Assembly: GCA_015680685.1 (NCBI GenBank)
Contig: MNCI01000135.1
Location: 269,424-333,423 of the forward strand
Origin: Gnetum montanum
Lineage: Eukaryota > Plantae > Gnetophyta
Reading direction: 5' to 3'
Length of the DNA stretch: 64,000 nt
This document shows, one piece after another, positions 1 to 14,200 of this stretch. The notes beneath the pieces were generated by a model. It saw only the letters and a list, made by a program, of their open reading frames with translations. It was not told the origin of the DNA and made no database searches. Each line of letters opens with the position of its first letter. Position 1 is the stretch's first letter. The translations under genes were made by a program, and so were the position numbers.

Positions 1-1799
1 CCAAAAAGTTGACTTTTTATTAGATATCCTAGCCAACTGATGATTCATCAAGAGGAAAAGAATTTGTTAAAAAAATATTATACAAAATACATCATCAGAA
101 ATAAAACATCCATTGTTTGAATATTTAGTCCATATAATAACTTAAAGTCAACATTGATAACTTAACTTATAAGAATAATTAATAACTTAACTTATTTCAT
201 TTTTTTATTTCAACTTGAAGATAATGTGATGTCATTCTTACCTTTCATTAGTGATCACATCAATATGGAAATAGCCAAGTGAAAATATTTCATTTTATCA
301 TGTATGCTACATATAACTTATTGCTAATAAAACTAAAGCTTTGTTTGGGTTTGAAGCCATCTCTCCAAAATCACCTCTCTCAAAAAAATTTTAAAACTAT
401 TTTGAATTCATTATTGCATTTGATTTTTTAATACCCTATTTTTATAGCTATAGTTTTACACTATTTTTGGATTATCTATTTTGAAATCTTATTGCTATGT
501 TTATTATTTAGATAAAAATGTTAAAGAATTAATACATTGTATTGACTTCTAATGTATTGACAATTACTAAAAATATTATATATGGAACATAATCTTTTAC
601 CTTGATTTCATTCATTATAGAAATTTATTTTAAAGATTTTCAATTTTCTTTCAAGATTCCTAATTAAGACATGAACCCCAAACTATATATTTATATAGTA
701 TTGTAGGTTGTACAATTATTTAAAACATCAATTTGATTTAAAATTTTCTTGTTCATTATATAATAAGCCTTCCATTCATTTTCAACATGTAGTATAATAA
801 ATTCCTATTATAATTTTGAAGCATTATAATCTCAAATATCTACATGTATCCACAACCTCAAGTTATATTTTATTTATCTAGATTTTATAATTTTTCTTAT
901 TAATGAAAAATGATAACATTGCTTTAATGCTATATAGTTGCAAAATGAACATGGTTCTTTAGTTTCATAATCTCTTAGATAAGAAATTAATTTTTTATAG
1001 AATTTTTGAGAAGCTAACATGGTTCTTTATAGAATTTCTATTAAAGATCTTGCATATTGCAAGTTCAATTCTCATTAAAGATTATCAATTTCATCAAAGC
1101 TCTTGAGCAAATCATCAAAGATCATAAAGATAAGTACAAATCTTGATTCATAAGATGATAAAGATGTTTAAAACATCAAGCTTTAGTGTTTTTCTGCCAT
1201 TTAAAGTTGCATTTACATGTATGTTTAGTTGTCACAAGTTGCCTATGCATCTTGTAGACCAGATTTCTTGATTTTTTCAATCCTTATCATATATGTAATT
1301 CAAAATTGATCTTTCTAGTGTTAAGATCTTTTAGAAGCTTTTTAATTCAAAGTAAAATGATAGAAAATTAATCAAGATTAGGCATTGAAAAAAGGAAAAA
1401 TTTCATCAATCACTTGTCATCAACCTCGATGATAGTAATCGATAAGCATTGTTGATATCTCAATTCATATTGCTCGGGTGATGTGTTGCAATATGTTTAA
1501 ATTTTTAAAATATGGAAAAGATGTTGATCTTCATCGTGTCTAGTGATTTCTAGTGATATGCTCAAATTTCATGCAAAAACAATCTATTTTCTTAGTGCTT
1601 TGGTGATCTCCAGTGATGAGTTAAAAGTGTATTAATCTACATTAATCTACCTGATCTCCAACGATATTGGCTAATTACAAATAAATTTCATGTTCATGTG
1701 TATACTTTGATGTCTGTATCATTTATTTTGATTTTATTTCAGGAACTAAAGATGTTTGGGTTTGCTTAAATGTTTTTTTGTTTAATTTTGATATCCATA

Positions 1800-3700
1800 G
1801 TATATATGCTTCATGTGATTCCCAAGAAAAAGCCTTGCATTTCTATGAACTTTACAATGGTCTTTTTGATGTTGTTTAACTAATTTGTGGAGATTTTAAG
1901 GTTAGAAAGTTCTTCATAAAGTTAGTCAAAAAATTAGTAATTGAATTGGAAAGCCATTATCTTTAGTAGGCATATTTATTGTTGTTTCTATAATTTTGTA
2001 GTCTACTCATGTTATTATTATTCATTTATGGATCCTTCTAAAAGATCATGTGATTAGTTAGAATAGATTATTATATCTTTTTTTTTTCAGAAAATAATGA
2101 TTCTCTTCATTACTTTCCTTAAGGTAATTAGGAATTATATACTTTTGACAAAAATTTTGGTGGTTTGGATTTTTTTTCAACTTATCGTAAAGGAATATTG
2201 CTTGCTACTAAATGGATTTTAAGAGCTTTTCAAGGTGATGAAAGTTGAAAATTACTTATTAGATACTGAACTAAATCTAGTTGTCTAGATAGCTCAAAAA
2301 TTTAGTTTAATACTTGATGGAAAAATTAGGTTATTATTTTTGAAGAAATTAAAATTAGGGGATTAGTTGTGCTTTAATGCATTTGGATAACTTGGCAATA
2401 GATCAATTCTTATTTGCAATGATACCCTTTGCATCATTCATGGAACTCCATTAAATGGATGTGTCTCTGTGGGCTAGTTCTTGTGGAAATACTAGTATTT
2501 TAGTTGCACTTGATTATTACCTAAAAGGTATTAAATTAAATCATAAAAGAATTCTTCATGTTGTAGGATTTTCCTCTAATGCAACCCATCCTATGTCATT
2601 AAAATGGAAATAATTTCAAGCTAAATTCAATTGAAATAAAATAGATAAGGCCTCATGTCAAACTCTTTGTGATAGGTGTTTGGTTGTTTTCTTGAGATCT
2701 TTTTCTTAAATATCATCCTCTTTTCAAGATAATTGGGTTTGCTACGATGATGTTAAGATAGCTCATTTTTCTATTGCAAAAGATTAGCAGTGGTTTGATA
2801 GATAGAAAGCTCCTTCTAATATTTTTTAATCATAAATGGAACACAAATATTGAAAATGATTAGATACAAAGGTTTAACTTATGAAAATTGGATTTCAATT
2901 GAAAGTGAAACTTTTTGCTTGGTCTTTAGTATACATAGGCCTTCCTATTGGTCATTGATTGCAACTTCTTAATTTTAATATCTAGTTTGTCTAGTTTGCT
3001 GTCACGAAGACTCTATTGAATATGTTTTTGTTTCTTGTTTTTTTGCTCAACAAGCTTTGCAATGGTGTTTTTCAATTCCTAGATTTCAAAAATTTGAAAA
3101 TTTGAAAATTCTTCTAGTTATGCCATTTATGTAGGAACAATAAATAATAATGGTACTTTAAATATTTTTGGTAATATGCTTGGGATTGATGTCCTATTTT
3201 GCATTTGGAAACACAAATGTAATGTGATATACAAGCGAGACTCTACAGTGTAGAGCTTCAATTTTGAGATGACGTTAAATCTTTATATGATCTTTGTATT
3301 TCAAGTTCATGATAAGAGAAAGAAGTATTCTATGGAAATAAATTCTTCCTTCTCTTCATTATATGCATGGAAAGATGCTCCTTGCACTATTTCCCATTTT
3401 TTTCTAGAAGAATTTTGATTTTCTATCATTTGTAATTCAAAATATTTTTTCTGGTTTGCATTGATTTATAGGAAGCCTCTTGTTAAAAGTGAAAACTTGA
3501 AAGGGTGCTTTTAACAAAGGCAAAGGCTTGATCCTTTTCATATGCCAAAGAGGATGTTTTTCAAGATTGGCTAAAAGGATGAAAGCTAGTATTGGCACTC
3601 TTAAAATTGTTGAGTTTCTATTCTTTCTTAGTCCTTTTATTGGTGTTTTGAAGCTACAATATAATGCACTTTGTGTTTGGTTATTTTGATTATGAAGTAG
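1800..3700 (+). mobile_element. Possible highly decayed LINE (L1-like) RT remnant
   Basis: Frameshifted FADD-like sequence ~2739, followed ~190 nt later by TAC ATA GGC CTT CCT ATT GGT (YIGLPIG, cf. LINE YLGLP). Confidence 0.3.
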
Positions 3701-5214
3701 TGTATCTTTGATATGGATTTACTATTTTTATTTTTTAATGAAATTTTTTTGAGGGTCTATGATAACAATCTCACCTCCCTTGTCATCCCCCTCCCCTCCA
3801 TTCCTCCCCATCCCCCACCTCGCCACATATGTATACTTGAGATTTCTAATATAATTGTTTCAATATTGCATTATTTCATCTTATCAAAAAAAAATAGAAA
3901 ATGAAAATATACTAACATTGTGGATTGACACTTATCTACACTTATCTATGCTTTCTTTACTACTTTGAGATGAGACCCTATCAAAAGTGCCTCATTTTTT
4001 GTAGCACAAAAAGGATAATCAAAGTGAACAAGGATTATACTAGTCAACTAGTTGAACTCATCTTTGGTGCTAGCACCTAGCTAGATTAGATATTATATAT
4101 ATATATCTATATGATTGAGAGTTAATATAAAAATTGAAAATGAATGCTCTAAGGATGGTATACAAGAAACTAGACTTATGCTTTAAAGACAAACAATAAG
4201 TCCAAACAAATCCCAACATTCCACTATCATCATTTCCAATGTCTGCTTGCCTTGCACAGTATCATCCAAATTTTTTTAAAGAGAAATAGTGGTATAACAA
4301 TTGAGTATTTATAGTATAAAATTTTTTAGCTGAGAGTGTGCGAGGTAAGAAATGTTGAAAATGATAGTAGTGGATTGCTATGATTTGTTTGAACTTATTA
4401 TTTATCTTTAAAGCACAAGTACATGGTCTTGTATATAGTTCTTAAAATATTCATTTTTAATTTTTATATTGACTCTTGGATATATAGATATATGTATTAT
4501 ATCTAATTTAGTTTATTATTGGCACATCTGCCTATACATCAGCCTCTTGTTTACTATTTCTCTCTTCATTCTTATAATTTGTTTATTTCTTTACTACTTT
4601 CTTTTCATTTCATGTTTTACTTTTATTAAAATCTTGCATGTCTTTATAGGTAATCATTTATTAAAGCGAGGGGATGAGACTTAATTTGGAGGTTATATTG
4701 TTGACAAAAGGTAAGGTTTTTTGCTTGACTCTTGGCTCATCATGTAGTGCTCACTTAGGAAAAACTCCAATGATGAGGTTTTGCCATGGCCTCCTAGTGT
4801 ATCCTTTGGTATATGGAGAATGAAATTGTCACACACATTTTGAAGGAATGTTTGTTTACAAAGACTATAGGTTGATTCATGCACATGTGAACTAGGATCC
4901 TATGGGATTAGTATTAGCTAATGATTATAGAAGGGTCCATCATTTAAAGACACTTTCATTAGATTTCATTATGGATGGAGATCACCTTGGCGATTAGCTT
5001 GAGAAAAATGCTTGCACTGTTCATGAAAAGTGTGTAAACTCTTCCTATAAATATGTCTCAAAAGCATTCACCAAATTTTACTTGTAGGAAAACATTCATG
5101 AATGCATGATGACAATGTTCAACACTTGTGGCTTCATGTAAGATGAGCTAATGTAGCACCCATAAATTGTTTGTCTAGATATGTGTACCCTATATTTTAA
5201 ATGAACTTTATGAT

Positions 5215-6402
5215 TAAAAAACCACCAAATCTGGGCTACTGCATCTTGACTACAAAATTTCCTAAGTGTCCGCATGAGGCCACTTTCTACAAATTTTGCT
5301 AAGTGCTAGGACTATGCTCTCCATTGCCCCAAAGTGTAGTTAGCCCAGTGAAGAGCATACTCACCTTCAAAAATAGATTTTTTGCAATTTTTCCTAAGTG
5401 TCATCATGAAGCAAGAAGTTGCAAATTTTTCTAAGTGTTGTGACTATGCTCTCCATTGCCTTAGAGCGTAGTCAACTCAGTAGAGAGCTTAGTTAACACC
5501 AAAGGGCAACTTTGCAAATTTTTCTAAGTGTCAAGTCAATAACTATCCCAACTGTCAAGTCAGTAACTTTGCCTTAGTGGAGAGTGTAGTTGGATGTAGT
5601 GTAGTGCCAACTATCCCACTACCATGTGGCATTTGATTTGCATTTTATGCTAACCCTAGGCCTATAAATAGCCCAGCCCTTGACGTTCTAGGGGTTGGCA
5701 AATTTGAAGGTGGGCAAATTTTGATTGTTCAAAAATTTGAAGGTGGAAAAATTTTTATTGTTGGAAAATTTGAAGTGCATTTGGCATTTTGGCAAGTCAA
5801 GGCATTGAAAAATTTCAAGTTAGCATTTGGCAAGGTTACACACTATCATAGCTCACTGCAGGACATCACAAACCACTACAGTCAATTGCACATTGTGGTG
5901 GCCAACCTAGCAAGCATAAATATCATGGTAGAATGTTAGTCTTCATGGCTAGACATCCCTGAGACTATGACTATGTTGTCCACTATGATTTTTGTACACT
6001 GTGTACCTTCTCATCCCTTTTGAAGTTAATTATGGTCAACCCTAGTTAGGGTGGTGTTCTATTCTCTTGCTCTTTTTCTGTGCATTTTTAGCATTTTTAC
6101 TTGCATTTTAAACATTTTACTTGTGTGTTCTGCTATTTTCATGCATAGGTATGCATTGATACCTTTGTTTTGCATTGAAACCCTTGAGTACGCTCACCCA
6201 CCATTGACATTTTTAACACCGCGAACATCACTCGACGCTTAGCATTGTTTGGCATTACATTCTATAAGTTCCTATTTAATTGACAAGACCATTCTAGGCA
6301 CCCTATCTCCACCTCTAGGAGGCCCTCATGTGGATGCGAGGTTAGGACTATACACCCATGGATCCCTTGGTATTCTAGCCATTGACATTTTTAGTCACTA
6401 TA
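5215..6402 (+). repeat. 5' LTR of element A
   Basis: Starts TAAAAAACCACCAAAT (3' LTR: TGAAACACCACCAAAT); ends CACTATA (3' LTR: CACTACA); TATA box CCTATAAATA ~5661; directly followed by the PBS. Confidence 0.92.
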
Positions 6403-6408
6403 GTTTTT

Positions 6409-6425
6409 TGGCGCTAGAAGGAGGG
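6409..6425 (+). promoter_or_regulatory. Primer binding site of A, tRNA-Asn
   Basis: TGGCGCTAGAAGGAGGG is the complement of the plant tRNA-Asn(GUU) 3' end CCCUCCUUCUAGCG-CCA. Confidence 0.9.
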
Positions 6426-6876
6426 TTGATTCATTTCTCTCTTGTAGACTCCATTGGTCATTGTCTTGCGTGCTCTCTATATCACCATCGCTAGCTTCAA
6501 GTTGGTGTAGACCCAACACCCTTGTGGACCTACCATGTGTGGTAGTAGTTGGATCTTAGGCCAATACATGCATTTTTTACCAACCGATTGGTGTAGATTA
6601 GACCCCATCATTGGTTCCCCTAGAATCCCATGTAATAATCCCAAAGCATCCATTCCTACACTTAGCTAAATTCTAGGCTCTCGATAGAGAGAGTAATTAG
6701 CTTGCAGTGTAGAAAGTGTAGTCTCCAGGCTTAGCTATTTTTCCACAGTCTTCGAAATTAGCTATTTTTTTTTTTTGCAATTTCTAGACTTAGCCATTTT
6801 TCTACAAATAGCAAAGTTAGTCATTTTCCTACTACTAGAAGCCTTTGCAATCCTCTCTTACAACTCAATTAGCACC

Positions 6877-9800
6877 ATGAATTCAAAATAGCCTTCGACA
6901 TCAATCTCAAGCACACTCACTATCTTGCCTACTCAATAAGAAAATAGGATTGACCACCTTGCCAATTCTGCCATGGTAGAGCTGAGGCAATCCTTCTAGC
7001 TACATGGCCAAGATCTAGAGTATATTACACTAAATGATGAATAGTATATCTTCATCTGTGAAAAGATCTAGGAAAGTCTATTTGTAGACCACCTAGATAT
7101 GGAAGCAAAGTGAGGTTATGATCTTGTCCACTAAAACAAACATGAGTACGTCCCTTCCTCTATTGACTTCATTTCACTTATTGAACCCTACTAGTGGATC
7201 CTAGCCCAACTCATCTGAACAAGTGACATGAAGTAGGAATGGACTATGAGAAGCCCCTACATGGGAAGGAGGATGAGTTTGAAGCTAATTCTGAGCATGG
7301 GGACTCCTTCCACATCTACTTTTAGTGGACAACCCCTAGTCTAGCCCTCCTACAGTCCCATTCACCTATCTTTCTTGTGATAATTATAGCCCTAGCATCA
7401 TCTTCCAAGTTAATGCCTATTGTAGCAACACACTAGATGCAACACATGTGTCAAGACATACTACCTCCAATTAACTTGCCCTCTGTGGCATTTTTGCAAC
7501 CTACCTAGCCATCTCTACTAGTAGCCATCATGCCTACCCAAACTTATGTTCACACTATGCATGTCTCTTAGCCTCAAACTACTCAAGCACCTTATGTCCT
7601 ACCTATTTCATTGGTACCCTCAATAGTAGTCTAACTGACACACACATGGCTAGCCCTAATCATTGTGCCCATAGCACAACCAACACAACAAGCATCTCAT
7701 GTGGTCCCATAACCTGCAGCTAGGTCATGGACCATGCAACTAGCACAATGAGTAGCACAACTAGCATAGCCCACTACAACATCCCATAACTTGGATAAGG
7801 AATTCCAACTAATTCAAACACTGATAGAAGAGGTCAAGTAGCTCAAGGCCACCTCCTCCAAAATAGTTCACATAGTGCACTTTTACTAGGATGATCTAAT
7901 AAGTCCTACTATTCCATTGTTGACTCTACCAACTAGGGTCCTGTTGCCCCAATTCACCAAGTACAATGGTGAAGGGGACCCCAATGCCCACCTGGTGATG
8001 TTCTATTTTGAGTGTGTATTATTGTAGGCATGGCCACACACCATCATATGCATTTTTGCCATGTCACTCGTTAGCAAGGCACTAGACTAGTACCAAGTAT
8101 TACCCAAGGCCTCTATCTCCTCTTTGGAGGATTTACTGAGTCAGTTTGTCATGCACTTCAAGTACAAATTAAAGCCTAAAATCATCCTTAACTAGCTCAT
8201 GCAAATCAAGCAAGGCCATTTAAAGTTAATGTAGAAATTTATCCAATGTTGGAGTGCTTCATTGAATGAAATCTGCGAGCCCATAGCAAAAACACACTTG
8301 CTAGCCATCTTCAAGGATGCAGTTAATGACTTCATCAAGTCAAAACTATACTACTTGGTCCTGTAGTCTTTGAGTCAAGCCTTTGCCCAAACCAAGAGCA
8401 TATAGGATGTGGTGGAATCTAGTATGGACCCAACCTATGTGGCCTATAAGAACTCACATGCCAAAAGGGATACTGACAAGGGGAAGCAAACTACAACCAT
8501 GGAAAATGTGGCCAATGAGGCCAAAATGGCTAATCAAAAGCCAATGACTAGGCCACCCAAGGCCTTGGCCAACAAAAAAACTGCTAGCCGTAGCATAGCA
8601 ACTAACCAAACTGCATCATCAATGACCATGGTGCAAGCAGCTTTGAGGTCCAACTTTGAGTGTAAGGATCACTCAAAGTATACCTTGCTACCCCTTACAG
8701 CTTCAAAACTATTGTACCAACTATTGAAGGCTAGATGTATTTAGTACAAGTAGATGTCTGAGGATGCTCACAAAAGACACAATAGATACTACAAGCTCCT
8801 AAGGAATCCCACATTAGTAGCCTTGAATGAGCCTCTAGTACCGAAACACTTTAGGCTAGAGAGGTTTTGCCACTATAACCAGTTGCTTGGGCATATTATT
8901 AATTTTTGCATGGCCCTATAGGATGACCTCCAATGAATGTTTGATAGAGGTGAGTTGGTACTCCATGCTACCAACCCAGTGAGGCCTCAAAACCAATCCA
9001 TGAGGGTATACAAGGATCCTCTGAACATGGATGACATATGTTACATCATCAACGCTATCAACATTATTGATAACTTGGAGCCAGTGCAACAGCCATTTGT
9101 GGTCCATGTACCCTCTAGTAGCATAGGGGCCCCCTCGGCCTCCATGAGTTTGAGGCCCCCTTTCATCATCAGAGTGCCACCTTGGGCATTTACAACACCC
9201 TTCATGGTTAGGGTTCCACAACATGTCATGTTAGCAATAGTTCAAACACCCTTTGTCATTAGGATGTTGCAACATGCTAACCCCTCACCTACCTAAGGTC
9301 TAGTGATGGGTAATGTGCCATTCCCTTCCCACCCAATAGCCAATCCTACTGGCAACACTAATAGACCATCTAGGTCACAATTTGGAAGGCCTAATAAGCA
9401 TCTAGCTGATAGGATGATTTGACAACATTAAGAGTAGAGAGCGCTCAATTTGTCCAAACTAGTCCCCCTTTTTGTAGTCCCCATGGCCAAAGCAATTAAG
9501 GAGGCCACCACTAGTAGTCCACAACCAAGAATTGGGGCCTCTACGTAGGCTAAGCCAACCAAGCCCAACTCCCCTTTGTGAGAAATTAATATTTTAGGAT
9601 GTATGGAAGAGGTCAAGGCCAACAAAATGATAGACAATAGTAAGGACTTTGTAGATGCACTAGCCCAGGTTAAGCAAGCGTTAAAGCAGAAGAACACAAC
9701 AATGAGCCTTTATGGCTTGATTATGACCTTGTCCATCCACTGTGAAGCACTAGTATGGATTTTGACCTCCATTCCTATCATGGAGGACATCCGAGCAGAT

Positions 9801-9900
9801 GAACATTTCATTCACACTATGATGCTACTCCCTACATCATAGGAATTGACCTCAACACCCCTTTCATTTCATGATGAAGTGATCAAGGTTGACCCTAAGA
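6877..9900 (+). pseudogene. gag: gag of A (many stops; boundaries approximate)
   Basis: PQFTKYNGEGDPNAHL..F..EC capsid motif ~7948; Tat-type zinc knuckle FCHYNQLLGHIINFC at 8865-8909. Confidence 0.9.
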
Positions 9901-9965
9901 AGGCTCAAGTCATAACAGCATCCATGTTCATCACTATACATTTCAGGTAGTGGATAATTCAAAGG

Positions 9966-10572
9966 GTGCACATTGACAACGAGGTTGCAACCAATTTTAT
10001 CCCATACACCATGATCAACAAGCTAGGCCTTGTTGACAAAATCAAACCAACAAAGATCACATGCCTAAAATCCTTTAGTAGGTCACACGTCATTGTCAAG
10101 GGTAGTAAGACAATAGCCTTCATGGAAGGGAAGCAATTCCTCACCACTGCTGAATTTATCATTATAGAGAAAATGCTAGGATTCAACTTAATATTGGGCA
10201 TGCCATGGTTTGCCCAATTATGGGTTGTTTTCTCTCCAATCCATCAGGAAATCCACCTTCCATACAAAGGTGGCAAGGTTATTATCCATGAGGATAACAC
10301 AACCCCTCTAGCCATTAACAATATAGACATGAAGCAAGGGTCAGAGGTGGAGTTCCCTAATTACACATATGTAGTAAAGGATGAGGATGAAACATGTGAG
10401 GCAAACACATTTGAAAGGACAAAAGAAACCAATGACCTCTCGGAGGATGCTCTGTGGGCTGAGTTGCCCTTAAACATCACAAGTGAAGGTTAAGGAGACT
10501 ATTGCATAGTAGAGTTTAGGCCCTAGGCACCACCTAATTCACACAGGATTAGGAAGCAATTGCACAACTAAG
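9966..10572 (+). pseudogene. Aspartic protease region of A
   Basis: HIDNEVATN (degenerate LIDNGS..N) ... FNLILGMPW in ORF 9966-10493. Confidence 0.88.
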
Positions 10573-10889
10573 GTATCCACTTAGCCTAAAACACACTAGG
10601 TGCCTACCTAACCTTCACTTCTACACATGATGCATTTTACCTTTTTTATTTACATTACATTTGTTTACACATTTACATTTAGCTTGAGTATTTAGATTAT
10701 GCATCATTTCACTTTGTTTACGCATTTATTTACTTTTTTTTTTATGCATTCTTCTTAGTTTACACATGTACTCATTTAGTTTACCCTTTAGTAGTTATTA
10801 GGTTAATGCATAAAAAACATTAAAATGTATATAAAATCATAAAATCTAAAATTACAAGAAATAAGAGGTGGTAGTATACTTTGCCTACC

Positions 10890-11050
10890 ATGGCCCTAAA
10901 CTGACAATGCTTTGGCTCAAAATTACCTTAAACTATTACAATGGCCTGGAATGGCCTTAAACTACCACTTGGCCTTGAATGGACTTAAACTAGCATTGGT
11001 CCTTCCACTATGGCCTTAAACTAGAATGGGGCTCATAATGGTCTAGTTAC
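10890..11050. repeat. ~30-bp tandem repeat, core TGGCCTTAAACTRG
   Basis: About 5 degenerate units; similar arrays at 19960-20440 and 35445-35590. Confidence 0.7.
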
Positions 11051-11296
11051 ACCATCATCACATAGATTTAACTCAGCATATTTAGCATATTAACTCATCA
11101 CATGATAACCATAGAAAGTGCATAGCAAATAAACACAAAACATAAAAAAAAAAGTTTACACATTACACACTACACATACCAAATACCTTCAATAAATATC
11201 ATATGAATAACAGTACATAGCATGAACAGTGTCATGTAGCAAAAATACAGCAAAAATAGTAAAAGAAAAAAAAAACACCTAGCAGTAGGGCTACAT

Positions 11297-14200
11297 TAGT
11301 TCATGCTCAAATAGTGGTTCTAGGAGGGGGTGGAGGTTCTTCCTTCCCCATCACATCACTAGGGCCCACAGCATCTCCTACTACCTATTGCCATAACCAC
11401 AACAAAATGAGCAATTAGTAAGTAAATCTATACTACACAAGCTAACTCAAAGCATGCAAACACAAACAAAAAACTAACTTGAGAGGGTCCTACATTGATG
11501 TCTTCTAGATGTAACTTTCCAAGGCCATCCTCCAAGCGTCAAAGGATCTTAGCCTTAGAAATCTATGTCTAGTCCTCCTAGCCAAAGTCAATCCCCATAA
11601 GGGTCTTTCCTTTGTCCATGGTGGTTCATGTGGGTGGCTCCATCTAGATTGTGGTAGAGGAAGCCTCTCCTCAAGGGGTGACAATCTACCTCTTAGGAGA
11701 GCCACTCACCACTGTGTGCCAAGGGAACAACTTATATGCTTGCCTTTCTCCAATCATCTCAAAAAACATCTCAAGGCAGTGGCGTTTGGTGGACTCTTCC
11801 TTGTACCATCGTAGGTATGCATCATGCTCGTGCTTATATTAGTGCTTATTTTTCTTCTGCATCTACCTCCACTGATACATCTTAGTGTTGTAATTCTTAC
11901 AATCTTGGTTCTTTTGGATGAGCAAGTCCATTTGTAACCATTACTCTATCACCTCCTAGGTGGCCTCATTCTTGCCTTTGAGAGCCAATCAATATTAAGC
12001 ATATTCTATCTCAGAGGTTCACCAAGTGCTATCTCCCTATGACCTAGACACTAGAAAGTCATATCTAGCTTGAAGATCATTGATCTTCGTATCTTGGTTG
12101 GTCACCCTCTCCTAAAGCTTGTGCATATATTTCCACAGGTGCTCATTCGAGCACTTGCAAACCCACAATGCCTTTGCATAGGAAAATATGCACTTGTTTA
12201 ATGTCTCATACATGTGATGAGACACTTTATCAATCTAAGGAGGGAGGTTAGGGAGGGCATCCACCTTGGCCACCTTTCTCGAATCCTATTGAAGCTTAGA
12301 ACCTATAGGCATGAAACAAGCAATTAATCTTAGCCACAAACTAAGCATTCAATTGGTAAAGCAACATTAAGCAAAGCAACATAGCAAACATACCAAGCTT
12401 AGAATCTACCTATTGTAAATGATCCACCATGTCCTCAACAATGTCTTCCATGAAGGAAAATTTATCAAGCATGTCTACCCATAGCTCCATGTGGTAGGTA
12501 GAAGTGGGACTACTAGTAGGAACATTTGAGGCTATAACATAATGATGTAATCATCATATAACAAAATAGCTAAAGATGCTAGAGCAAAAAAGTAATAATA
12601 GATGACAATTCAAGTTACTTACCTAGCAAGCGCTTAGGCATGAATGTATAGGGGTCACCGGGCTATACACCATCAAATAGGTAGTCAAAATCACCCCCAT
12701 TAGGATGAAGCAATCACTCCTCCTCCAACTATTGAAGGATCTCTGTTGCCTTAGGCAACTCATCTTCATGAGCCTTCCCCTTCTTGGCTTGAGAAGGTGC
12801 TTCTTCTACTATTGCATTGGTTGCTACTCTTGCAGCCCTCTCTCTAGTCTTTGCACTCAACACATATGCATAGCACATTAGTACTAGTTAATAGAATATC
12901 ATAAATGAAAATACAAAAATATAGACATACATTAATACAATAAATGCATCCAACAAGTTATGCATACTAACCTGCAACCTTTTTGTACAAGATTTGAAGC
13001 TTGATATAGATCTTCTTGCTACTTAGTCTCTTGACCTTAGGGGTAACCTCCTTCGTAGGACATGGCCTTTTAATCTTTACTTTAGATAGTCCCACCATCT
13101 CTATGATATAGTAGTATGTCTTGTTCACATCCCTAATGCCAATTGGATGACCCTCACTCGTGATATCCTATGAGTAATGTGACTATCCCATGGGACCTTT
13201 AATTATTATGGATAATGACTCATCGATATCCTCTGGGGGGTCTTGTGCCTATGTGGTCATGAACAAGTTCTTAATCTATGGTTTGGATAACTATTTGTGA
13301 TCTTTCACAACCCATTGTCCACCATCGTGCACAACCAATAGCTCTGCAAACCTTCATAGGTACCTTGCAAAGAATGCAAAGTGGACATGGGACCTTCCTT
13401 GGATGTTAAAATATAGCTTGGAGATCTCCCCATGCAAGTTGATCACTATATAGGAAGCATCATTGAACCTTGTACCCTCTAGCAACACCTCTTTCATCAT
13501 CCATTCCTACTCCACCCTAAGGATCTTTCCTTGGGAGAGCAAGTTTGAAAAGACATGAGTGCAAAAAAAGAGGCTAGAGCTCTCATACCTCAAGCATAAG
13601 CACATCCTTGATTGGTATGCCCTTGTGAGATTGAGTGACCCCCAACTTGTCCTTGATCTCCCCTCTACGGTCCACCTTCCTACTAGCATTATCAATGATT
13701 GTTGGGCCATCAGTGGAGAGTCCAAAGAGGTCAGCAAAGAAGGCCTCACTGAGGTTAAGCACTACCATCACACCACTCACTTAGATGACAAACTACCTAA
13801 TGTCATTGCTAAAGGAGTCAATGATGGTGACCATTTTGGACACCAAAATACTTGGGCTAAAGGAAAAAAATAGGTTCATTAACCCTGCATGCGTGAGCAT
13901 AGCTATCAATGCATCTAAGGCCTTGTGGCACAACCAATGCTATGCACCCTCCACATTGCCATATTTCATCCAACCAATCATGGGTCCTACACCACTCATA
14001 TGCCCTTGGGTATTAGGTAGGGTAGACCTCCAAATTAGACCCCACCTACTCAAGCATAGTTGCTTGAACATTTGGGCTAGAAGAGAACACCTCTAGGGTA
14101 GTACAGGTTAAGGCTAGAGTATTCACCTAATAATGTAGGCCCTCCTCATCAACTTTGAACTTGGCATTAAGCATGAGCAGTTAGCAATATGACATGGACA

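Noticed and set aside
5152-5214. TGTAGCACC at 5152 as the 5' LTR start of A
   Set aside because: Homology with the 3' LTR and the ATGAT TSD place the start at 5215.
6409-6425. tRNA gene
   Set aside because: Only a 17-nt complement of the tRNA 3' end (a PBS); there is no cloverleaf.
3713-6494. Short hydrophobic ORFs from the ORF track (also at 24060, 46957, 49545-50430, 61730)
   Set aside because: Compositional artefacts of T-rich or LTR DNA, with no motifs and often non-ATG starts.
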